21,749 nucleotides of DNA from Chiloscyllium plagiosum (taxonomy: Eukaryota): NCBI RefSeq assembly GCF_004010195.1, contig NC_057718.1, positions 76,119,843 through 76,141,591 of the forward strand. Direction: 5' to 3'. Position 1 is the stretch's first letter, and every line of letters begins with the position of its first letter. Under the pieces are notes generated by a model. That model ran no database searches. It saw only the letters and a program-made list of their open reading frames with translations, and was not told the origin of the DNA. This document shows positions 1 to 8,312 of the stretch, piece by piece. The position numbers were made by a program, and so were the translations under genes.

Positions 1-300
1 ACAACTGTTGCATAAGTATGTTCCATAAACAAACTGAAGTGCAACATCTCACCAACTCTTCTCAGATAGCACCTTCTAAACCTGCAACTTCTATCATCTA
101 GAAGGACAAAGGCAGCAGATACATTACATCTCCTTCAAGTTCCCTTCCAAGATACACATGGTCCTGATTTCCTCCATGCTAAAATCCCAGAAGTCCCACC
201 CTAACAGCATTGTCAGTATACCTCCATTACCTCCATCAGATAAGTTGTGGCAGTTAAAAAAAAACGCAGATCACCACCATCTTTCAAGAGCAATTAGGAA
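1..300 (+). mobile_element. Decayed 3' end of a non-LTR retrotransposon (probably the family of 6271-8235)
   Basis: Ends in ...CACCACCATCTTTCAAGAGCAATTAGG. This matches the start of the tail GGGCAATTAGGGATGGGCAATAAATG of the SINE at 11663-12028. It is cut off by the HE1 SINE. Confidence 0.6.
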
Positions 301-307
301 TACACAC

Positions 308-637
308 TAGAATCATAAAAACTGTATACTGTGGAAGCAAGCCATTCTGCCAATCGAGTTCACACCTGACCCTCCTAAGAGCATCCCACCCAGACCCAGC
401 CTATCCCTGCAACCTCACATTTGCCATGGCTAATCCATCTAGCCTGCACATCCCTGGACATTATTGGCAATTTAGCATGGCCAATCCACCTAACCAGCAC
501 ATCTTTTGGATTGTGGGAGGAAACACACGCTGACACAGAAAGAATGTGCAAACCCCATACAGACATTGGCCCAAGGCTGGAATCGAACCCAGGTCCCTGG
601 TAGTATGAGGCACTAGTGTTAGCCACTGTGCCACGCC
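308..637 (-). mobile_element. HE1-type tRNA-derived V-SINE
   Basis: The minus strand has a tRNA-like head (GTGGCACAGTGGCTAAC A box; GGTTCGATTCC B box), the V-domain TGTCTGCGTG/GTTTCCTCCCACAATCCAAAAGATGTGC-like core, and a CR1-like tail ending ATGATTCTA. Confidence 0.9.
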
Positions 638-1887
638 ACTGTTTTTTCCAGGGTAGAATTAAATTGGGGTGGGATGGGGAATGAGGAGATGTTGGAAACC
701 AAAACTCTGGTTTTGTCTGTGAATCCCATAAAAGAATAAAGATGAGGCTTCACAGTGTCAGATTGGTCAGAACCACATACTGACGGTGCTGCGTTTTGAG
801 CTGTCCACCATATATAATCGGGAAAACAGAGGTACAAACAAACAAACCGATTTCATATGAAGGGGGTAAATCATAAGATCAGATGACAGAAGCTTAGACT
901 TTGCTGTCCAAAGAAATGGCATTGTCGAGATAGACTGGCCTACCATTAAAAGCTCATGACTAAGGTGGCAGGGTGCCAATGACTCAGTACTTCAGAACCA
1001 TTCATGGTGAAGTCACCCCATTTCTCAGATAGCCAGATCAGCCCTAGATAGTTAAGAGGGGACATCATATAATGAAAGTTAGAGTAATCGTTCACTTATT
1101 TTTAATTGGTAAAGAGAAATTAGGGAACATCCTTTCACAGCTATAAGCTTAAACGATACAATAATTGCAAACACTATGAAGCTTGATCAAATGATGTGTT
1201 GGTATATTTTGCCTTTTTCACATTGAAGGAAATTACTGAAAGAAGTAGACTATCATAACAAAACTGAAGCCTTTCTTTCATGTCCTTTGCCACTTTAAAG
1301 GAAGTCAGGGAACAAGAGTAATATAAGCTAAACTGAATGAGGTAACAGTGAAGAAACAGCCAGCAAATGTCCATCTGGGCTCATCTATGTTTTAACTGTG
1401 TAGTAATCTAAGCCTCTTCATTGCAATTATTTTGTTGTTATTCTATCTGGTCTTGTAAAACAATACAACAATTTTAATTAGAAGGCCATTTGATAGCTAT
1501 GGTACTCCATACCACAATGCTTTCTGAAGGAAACAAGTATCAATCTGAAGTCATTTGTGAGGGTGTTAACAGGTTATTAGAACATAAGGTAATCACTCAC
1601 AGGTTAAACCTTATTATTTTGTAAATGTAACTATTTTGCATCAGCTACATTTTCAACCCTGGTTTATTCTACCCCTCCTTCTCAACTCTTGAACACAAAA
1701 GATTACGAATAGTATGACTGTTATTCACAGTTCACGTCAGCTTTATTACTCAGTACAAGGCAGGATTTGAGTCGGGGATGATCACACTAACTAGCTGCAC
1801 ACGTGAAGAAAGCAACACAGTCAGTAATTATCAGCTGTCAGCAGCCAAAAAACATGAAAAACACCATACATTTGGTAAAAGCTAGTC

Positions 1888-2026
1888 TATGTTAGGAATT
1901 GGTATCAAGGGATATGCAGTTAAGGTGGTAAACAAAGTTAAACAAGAGATCATCTACGACCTATTGAATGGCTGCGCAGGTTCAAGTGGTTGATTGGCCT
2001 GTCTCTGTTGCCATGTTCCTTTGTTC
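1888..2026 (+). mobile_element. Old CR1-type LINE 3' terminal fragment
   Basis: GGTATCAAGGGATATG...ATTGAATGGCTGCGCAGGTTCAAGTGGTTGATTGGCCTGTCTCTGTTGCCATGTTCCTTTGTTC resembles CR1 ORF2 end, 3'UTR hairpin and short-repeat tail. Confidence 0.65.
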
Positions 2027-2499
2027 GAACACCTTGAATTATGTAGATCTCACACAGCAATAAAGATGCTAATTAGGATCAGAAGTCTCTTCAGTATAAC
2101 AGAGGATTTGATATTTGAGAATGGCTTCAGCTATATTTGAAATAAAAGTAGTGGTAATTACTTATGTAACATCTGAAAAAAACAACTAGTATATAACATC
2201 AGCTATAATAGGGACAGATATCAGTTTACCTTTTGCTCTCAAAAACTATAGTAATAAATTATTTTGGCTTCATGTTTCTGGCAAAGAGCCTTGATCACTG
2301 ACAGCACATTTCAGAAATTCAAAGCGATGCAGTGCACGACTTCAGTTTTATTCCATAAGGCATGCACTGCCCACCATAACCTTCAGAATCTAAAAATCTG
2401 AGTATAATCATTTGCTTATGTGGAACCTAGCACAAAGAACAGATTTGAAGTAAGTCTAAAAAAGATCTTCATAGTCTCATAGTTTATGGCCAATCAAAA

Positions 2500-2620
2500 C
2501 TTATGGAAGGATTTGGACCAAACGCAGGCAAATAAGATTAGTTTAATTGTGAAAACTAGGCAGCATGGACAGGTTGGGGAGATGGGCCTGTTTCCATACT
2601 GTAGAAATCTATGACTTTAA
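2500..2620 (+). mobile_element. CR1/HER1-type LINE 3' terminal fragment
   Basis: GGCAGCATGGACAGGTTGG...GGGCCTGTTTCCATACTGTAGAAATCTATGACT is homologous to the reverse complement of the tails at 4268 and 15226. Confidence 0.75.
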
Positions 2621-2899
2621 GAATATGCTGTATTTGCACAGCCCATGTTGTTATCATTTTCCACTGCGCTGTAGTCTCACCAATAATGCCAAGTGTATAA
2701 ATGAGATACAGTGCAGTGTACGTGGCTGAGAGAATGTTACAGAATGGCAAGCACAGGGCAAACATTGCTCTCAACAGTGGGGAATGAGCACTAAGGAAGA
2801 TTAGGTCTAAAGCTATAATAAGTTCCATTAGGAGATCATGAGGACATGACAACAATAACAAATAACATTAACTTATCCCTTTAACTTCAAATATATTTC

Positions 2900-2968
2900 A
2901 TCACCTGTAAGGGGCTTTGATACATCAAATGGTTGTGAAAATAATGCATAAATGGAAGTTTTTTTTCG
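2900..2968 (+). mobile_element. Short L2-type 3' tail remnant (LINE or L2-tailed SINE)
   Basis: TGTAAGGGGCTTTGATACATCAAATGGTTGTGAAAATAATGCATAAATGGAAGTTTTTTT resembles the L2 tail motif GTAAAGCGCTTTG...ATAAATGCAAGT. Confidence 0.4.
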
Positions 2969-3049
2969 CATTGTAAAACATTCCAGGGCATTTTACCCAA
3001 TTCTTATCAAACAAAACATGACACCAAGTCACAGAAGGGGCTACTTGAA

Positions 3050-3622
3050 CAAAGAAGCCTAGGAACACAAGATCCAGGAGCTGGAGTAGACCGTTCAGTC
3101 CCCTGAGCCTGCTCTGATATTTGACCTGGCAGATTTGATTGTGGTTTCAGCTCCACATTCTGACCAATATCTCATCACCCACTGCCATCCCTCTCTCCAC
3201 CCGACCTTTGATTCCTTTGTTGATCATAAACCTACTCAAACTCAGCCTTGAATATACAGCACACTTCATTTTAACTAGCACCTTATGAATCAGCACTCTT
3301 GATAAACTGGCAAAAATTATATACCTCAATACCAAAGTTTACAATATTATTGTGATGTCTGAATAGTCAGTAGAGAGTGTGAATGAGAAGGCTCTCTGCT
3401 GATAAGTTTTATTTAAGGTAGAGTTGCATTATTATTTGAGTCATTTATGCAATAAATAAAGTATAACAGTGATGTGTATACCCTCTACAAGATGTTTCTA
3501 TTACTTACTGTGTATTTTTACGTTGATTGTGTGGACCTCTTGATCAACCAGAATATTTGATCAACCAACATATTCCTGTCCCATAGGTCCCAGTTAATAA
3601 AATGTTTGCTCTATTCAATGAC
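3050..3622 (-). mobile_element. CR1-type LINE 3' fragment, interrupted by a MITE at 3257-3611
   Basis: GGAGCTGGAGTAGACCGTTCAGTCCCCTGAGCCTGCTC (reverse complement of a CR1 3'UTR) runs to CTCAGCCTTGAATATA. It resumes as TTCAATGAC after the MITE. Confidence 0.7.
3257..3611. mobile_element. Non-autonomous Tc1/mariner-superfamily (pogo/Tigger-like) MITE
   Basis: Degenerate terminal inverted repeats: CAGCACACTTCATTTTAACTAGCACCT versus reverse complement GAGCAAACATTTTATTAACTGGGACCT (19/27 identical). TA is present on both sides (3255-3256, 3612-3613). Removing the element restores the CR1 sequence. Confidence 0.65.
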
Positions 3623-4267
3623 ATATTCTATTGTCATTCAACATTCAAAGGTTTGGTCAAGAGAGTAGGTTTTAAGGAGTGTCTTAAAGGAGGAGGGGGC
3701 AGATTAGTGTAGGTCAGTGTTTAGGTCTCCAAAGATTTCATCAAAGTGATGAAAATGATAGATGAAGACTGGTGGAGTGAGAGAGCCCAGAGTGTTGGTG
3801 GCAATGACAAAGACTAAGAGGGGCATAATTCTGACAGGCAACTGAAGCATCAACCATTGAAACTGGGAGTTAGTATAACTCAGCAAGTACAAGGCTAATC
3901 ATTAAGCAAATATGGTATGATTTTGATTTGAAGTTGCTTGAATGAAATTGGTGACTGATCCTAGAACTTGGGTAGGGCTTGGTGAGGAGAGTGAAGGAAG
4001 GCAAAAATGGAAAGGTTCAAGTAAGAACAGGAAGAGAAATTGTAACTAAGCCAGAGGCAAAGCCCCTTACAGGTGATGAAATCATTCGTCTGGTTCAAAC
4101 TATCAGTAGAACAATCTCACAATGATACTTACATATGAAGGAAAGTAGCAGGAGGATCAAACACAATGAAGATGACCTCAGAAGAAACAGGTGGACTTTT
4201 ATTTCATATGGAGGAGGTACAATTGGGTTGGAGTCTTACATGAAGACATAAAATGTTGGGGTGGTAA

Positions 4268-4442
4268 ATAGAGTCATAGAGTCATAGAGATGTACAGCAC
4301 GGAAACAAACCCTCCGGTCCAACCCGTCCATGCCGACCAGATATCCCAACCAAATCTAGTCCCACCTGCCAGCACCCGGCCCATATCCCTCCAAACCCTT
4401 CCTATTCATATACCCATCCAAATGCCTCTTAAATGTTGCAAT
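4268..4442 (-). mobile_element. Young CR1/HER1-type 3' end
   Basis: The (CATAGAGT)n 8-bp tail repeat is followed by GATGTACAGCACGGAAACAAACCCTCCGGTCCAAC. It is closely similar to the copy at 15226 and retains its CpGs. Confidence 0.9.
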
Positions 4443-4683
4443 AGCCTTGGATTACAAGAGGTTGGTCAGATGAGCTGAAGTGTGGCAAATAGAAGTCAAT
4501 CTGGATAAAAGTGAGATGAAACCTTGAACAGGACAAACAAGGCAAGGGAATACATGATGATCAGCGGGAAGCATCGAAAATAAGCGGGACCTTGGTATAC
4601 ATGTACACCAAACTCTTAAGGTATCTGAAGAGGTGGATAAAGTGGTACAGAAGGCATATGGGAAACTTGCCTCTATTAACTGA

Positions 4684-4853
4684 GTTAAAAATTACACAAC
4701 ACCAGGTTATAGTCCAACAGGTTTATTTGAAAGTACAAGCTACCTGATGAAGGAGCAGTGTTCCAAAAGCTTGTACTTTCAAATAAACCTGTTGGACTAT
4801 AACCTGGTATTGTGTGATCTTTAACTTTGTTCACCCCAGTCCAACACCACATC
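4684..4853 (+). mobile_element. Penelope-like element terminal remnant with inverted pseudo-LTR arms
   Basis: 58-bp inverted repeat, 4684-4741 versus 4768-4825 (55/58 identical), around a 26-nt loop with CTGATGA. It is followed by a TTTGTTCACCCCAGTCCAACAC extension. Confidence 0.75.
4741..4776 (+). ncRNA. Degenerate minimal hammerhead ribozyme motif
   Basis: CUGAUGA (4744-4750), A, stem II GGAGC-AGU-GUUCC, then AAAA instead of GAAA, then palindromic AAGCUU. The core G12 is lost. Confidence 0.5.
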
Positions 4854-4857
4854 TTTA

Positions 4858-5045
4858 TTCAAAAAATGTGGTGCTGGAAAAGCACAGCAGGCCAGACAGC
4901 ATCCGAGGAGTAGGAGAATCGACGTTTCGGGCATAAGCCCTTCTTCAGGAATGAGGCTGGTGTGCCAAGTGGGCTGAGATAAAAGGTAGGGGGGAGGAAA
5001 TTTGGGGGAGGGGCGCTGGGAATACGATAGGTGGAAGGAGGTGAG
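4858..5045 (-). mobile_element. Penelope-like element 3' end (second family)
   Basis: The reverse complement is homologous to 6085-6270: a C-rich tract, a hammerhead motif, then GGATGCTG..CTGCTGTGCTTTTCCAGCACCACATTT. Confidence 0.85.
4917..4953 (-). ncRNA. Minimal type I hammerhead ribozyme motif (PLE-associated)
   Basis: The minus strand reads AUUC-CUGAAGA-A-GGGC-UUAU-GCCC-GAAAC-GUC-GAUU. It has an intact core, a 4-bp stem II, a loopless palindromic ACGU stem III and a GUC triplet. Stem I is weak. Confidence 0.7.
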
Positions 5046-5367
5046 ACAGAGTTTAAGAACAGGAAGCTTGTGCTGGAATTATATAAATATTAGTTAGGCA
5101 TAGCTAAAGTATTGTGTGCAATTCTGAAATCCACATTATAGGAGGGATGTGATAGCACTGGAGAAGGTGCAAAGGAGATTTCTTTGATGTTTTCTGGTCT
5201 CAGACGCCTCCCTCCCCTTCCTAGACCTTTCCATTTCTATCTCGGGCGACCGAATCAACACGGACATTTACTATAAACCGACCGACTCCCACAGCTACCT
5301 AGACGACACCTCCTTCCACCCTGCCCCCTGTAAAAATGCCACCCCATATTCCCAATTCCTTCGTCTC

Positions 5368-6015
5368 NNNNNNNNNNNNNNNNNNNNNNNNNNNNNNNNN
5401 NNNNNNNNNNNNNNNNNNNNNNNNNNNNNNNNNNNNNNNNNNNNNNNNNNNNNNNNNNNNNNNNNNNNNNNNNNNNNNNNNNNNNNNNNNNNNNNNNNNN
5501 NNNNNNNNNNNNNNNNNNNNNNNNNNNNNNNNNNNNNNNNNNNNNNNNNNNNNNNNNNNNNNNNNNNNNNNNNNNNNNNNNNNNNNNNNNNNNNNNNNNN
5601 NNNNNNNNNNNNNNNNNNNNNNNNNNNNNNNNNNNNNNNNNNNNNNNNNNNNNNNNNNNNNNNNNNNNNNNNNNNNNNNNNNNNNNNNNNNNNNNNNNNN
5701 NNNNNNNNNNNNNNNNNNNNNNNNNNNNNNNNNNNNNNNNNNNNNNNNNNNNNNNNNNNNNNNNNNNNNNNNNNNNNNNNNNNNNNNNNNNNNNNNNNNN
5801 NNNNNNNNNNNNNNNNNNNNNNNNNNNNNNNNNNNNNNNNNNNNNNNNNNNNNNNNNNNNNNNNNNNNNNNNNNNNNNNNNNNNNNNNNNNNNNNNNNNN
5901 NNNNNNNNNNNNNNNNNNNNNNNNNNNNNNNNNNNNNNNNNNNNNNNNNNNNNNNNNNNNNNNNNNNNNNNNNNNNNNNNNNNNNNNNNNNNNNNNNNNN
6001 NNNNNNNNNNNNNNN
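5368..6015. other. Assembly gap (648 N)
   Basis: Run of n characters. Confidence 1.
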
Positions 6016-6175
6016 CCTTCCTAACCTGCAATCTTCTTCCTGACCTCTCCGCCCCCATCCCACTCCGGCCTATCACCCTCACCTTGACCTCCTTCCACCT
6101 ATCGCATTTCCAACACCCCTCCCCCAAGTCCCTCCTCCCTACCTTTTATCTTAGCCTGCTGGGCACACTTTCCTC

Positions 6176-6211
6176 ATTCCTGAAGAAGGGCTTATGCCCG
6201 AAACGTCAGTT
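6176..6211 (+). ncRNA. Minimal type I hammerhead ribozyme motif (PLE-associated)
   Basis: CUGAAGA (6180-6186), A, GGGC-UUAU-GCCC (6188-6199), GAAAC-GUC (6200-6207). The stem I 3' strand (AGUU) pairs poorly in this copy. Confidence 0.6.
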
Positions 6212-6499
6212 CTCCTGTTCCTTGGATGCTGCCTGACCTGCTGCGCTTTCCCAGCAACACATTTTCAGCTCTTACCACCATTCATCCCAAACCTGGATAT
6301 TGTCACGATCTTGTTGCATTTGAACATGGATTGCATCAGTATCGGAGGAGTCACAAATGGTAGTGAACATTGTGCAATCATCGGCAATCATGCTCACTTC
6401 TGACCTTGTGATGGAGGGAAGGTGATTGATGAAGCAGCTGACGGTAGTTGGGTCTAGAACACTACCCTGAGGAAGTCTGCACAGATGTCCTGGACCTGA

Positions 6500-6578
6500 A
6501 AAGACATTAGGGAATCAGATGGGTTTTTCCAATAATCAGCAATAGTTTCCTGGTCATCAGTAGACTTTTCATTCCATT
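6500..6578 (-). mobile_element. Fragment of the tRNA-head/SINE sequence sitting at the internal deletion of the LINE
   Basis: GACATTAGGGAATCAGATGGGTTTTTCCAATAATC...GGTCATCAGTAGACT matches the reverse complement of about 11790-11865 and is co-oriented with 8050-8120. Confidence 0.6.
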
Positions 6579-7319
6579 CACTACTGGATGTGGCAGGATT
6601 GCAGAGCTTAGATCTGATCTGTTGGTTGTGGGATCGCTTAGTTCTGTCTATCATTTGCTGCTATGCTGTTCAACACGCAACTAGCCCTGTTTGGTAGCTC
6701 CACCAGCTTGACGCCTCATTTTTAGGTATGCCTGATGCTGCTCCTGGCATGTCCTCATGCACTCTTCATTGAACCGGGGCTGATGTCCTGTCTTGTGTGG
6801 GACTGTAAGATATGCTGAGCTATGAGGTTGCAGACTGTTTGGGCTACAATTCTGCTGTTTCAAAGTCTGCACAATGCTTCCCGAATGCCCGATCTTGAGT
6901 TGCTAGATCTGTTCAAAGTCTATCCTGTTTAGCATGGTGATAGTGTCACACAACATGACGAAGAGTATCCACAATGTGAAGACAGCACCTCATTTCACAA
7001 CATCTCTGGCCTGTTCATAGAATGAATACTACTAAATGGCAGGCACATCTGCAGCTGACAAATAGGTGAGGATAACGTCAAGTCTGTTTTATTTGGTAGT
7101 TCCCTCACCACCTGGCACAAAACCACTCTTACAGTTATGTCCTTTAGGACCCGACATGCTCAATCAGTAGTGCTGCTGCCTAGCCACTCTTGGTGATGGA
7201 CATTTAAATTCCCCACCTAGAGTATACTCTACCCTCTTGTCACCTTCAATGCTTTCTCCAAGTATTGTTCAACATGGAGGAATACTGATCCATTAGCCGA
7301 GGGAGCATGGTATGTGGTA

Positions 7320-7668
7320 ATCATAGAATCCTTAATGTGTGGAAGCAGGCCATTTGGCCTATTGAATCCACACTGACCTTTGAAGAACATTCCACCCAGA
7401 TCCACCCATCTACCCTATCCCTGAAATCTTGCATTCCCCATGGCTAATCCACCTAGTCTGCACATCCCTGGACACCCTGGGCAATTTAGCATGGCCAAAT
7501 CACCTAACCTGCACATCCTTGGGCTGCGTGAGGAGGACCTGGAAGAAACCCATGCAGACACAGGGAGAATGTGCAAACTCCACACAGACAGGCACCTGAA
7601 GGTGGAATTGAACCCAGATCCCTGGCCCTATGAGGTGACAGTGCGAACCACTGAACCATTGTGCCTCC
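7320..7668 (-). mobile_element. HE1-type V-SINE inserted in the LINE endonuclease region
   Basis: Full head-core-tail homology to 308-637. The flanks GGTAAT(C) and AACAGGAGG rejoin to give an LLLITTY-like reading on the minus strand. Confidence 0.9.
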
Positions 7669-8312
7669 TCAACAGGAGGCTTTTTTGCCCATTTTGATCT
7701 CATGCAATGAGACCTTATGGTGTCCAGAGTCAATGTTGAAGACTCCAAATGAAACTCTTTCCCAGCTGTACACCACTGTAATTCCACAGCTACTGGGTCT
7801 GTCCTCTTCCAATATTGAGACGAAACCCTACATGATAGCGAGGAGGGCATTGCAGGGTTAACAGGGCTGAGTTTGCTGCCTAGGACAATGCCTGTTGGAC
7901 TGTCTGGCTTTATTTTTTCTTTGAGACTTTTTTGGCAATTTGGTACAACTGATTGACTTTCAGCTGTTTAAGGCAATAGACACATTGCTGTGGATCTGGA
8001 TTTCCTTGTAGCCAGATCAAGAAAAGATGCCAGATTTCCTTCCCTAAAAGCCATTACGGAAACAGATTTTCTTTTGACAATCAACAATGTCTTCATGGTC
8101 ATCATCAGACTTGTAGCTCCAGAATGTTTAAAAATTCAATTCCCCAACTGCCCTGAGGTGATTTGAATCCAGGTCCCCAGAATGTCTCCTGAATTACTAG
8201 TCTCGAATCAATACCACTATTGCATCACAACTGCATGAAATGAATATAGGTGGGTTACAGTATTAAAAGGGTGAGCTCCAGGAGGTCTGCTGTCACACCT
8301 AAGGAGATACAG

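Larger units (their letters stand above)
2970..3730 (-). mobile_element. L2-type LINE 3' fragment in two pieces (about 2970-3050 and 3645-3730)
   Basis: GTAAAACATTCCAGGGCATT...TTATCAAACAAAACATGACACCAAGTCAC continues after nested insertions as TTGGTCAAGAGAGTAGGTTTTAAGGAGTGTCTTAAAGGAGGAG, which is the reverse complement of an L2 ORF2 end. Confidence 0.5.
4235..5199 (+). mobile_element. Old CR1 ORF2 (RT C-terminal) fragment in three pieces (4235-4270, 4442-4684, 5046-5199)
   Basis: Decayed CR1 RT motifs, including RDLGIHVHQTLKVSEEVDKVVQKAYGKL (about 4585-4670) and YCVQF*NPHYRRDVIALEKVQRRF (about 5110-5182). Multiple stops and frameshifts. Confidence 0.8.
5200..6271 (+). mobile_element. 5'-truncated Penelope-like element spanning an assembly gap
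   Basis: 5200-5367 translates without stops to SDASLPFLDLSISISGDRINTDIYYKPTDSHSYLDDTSFHPAPCKNATPYSQFLRL (PLE RT primer-grip/thumb). 6016-6271 is a C-rich 3' region with a hammerhead motif. Confidence 0.85.
6272..8235 (-). mobile_element. Decayed, internally deleted APE-RT LINE (CR1/L2/Jockey group) with a tRNA-like 5' head
   Basis: Minus-strand translations give RT PQGSVLDPTTVSCFINHLPSITRSEVSMIADDCTMF (about 6365-6475), linker QPRFNEECMRTCQEQHQAYLKMR (about 6715-6785) and APE ITTYHAPSANGSVFLHVE...VGNLNVHHQEWLG (about 7180-7321). 7960-8235 is homologous to the SINE head at 11663. Confidence 0.85.

Noticed and set aside
4684..4825. DNA-transposon MITE, terminator or CRISPR-like repeat
   Set aside because: The hammerhead core and one-sided extension fit a PLE inverted end better. 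There is no repeat-spacer array and the context is eukaryotic.
5255..6127. Three long ORFs (235-290 aa) in the ORF track
   Set aside because: They are artefacts of translating through the N gap.
4858..6271. Single PLE with inverted terminal repeats
   Set aside because: The two ends differ at many positions and are separated by older CR1 sequence (5046-5199), so independent insertions are more likely.
8236..8312. Gypsy 5' LTR and primer-binding site
   Set aside because: There is no recognisable TGG-starting PBS and no visible similarity to 14330-15049.
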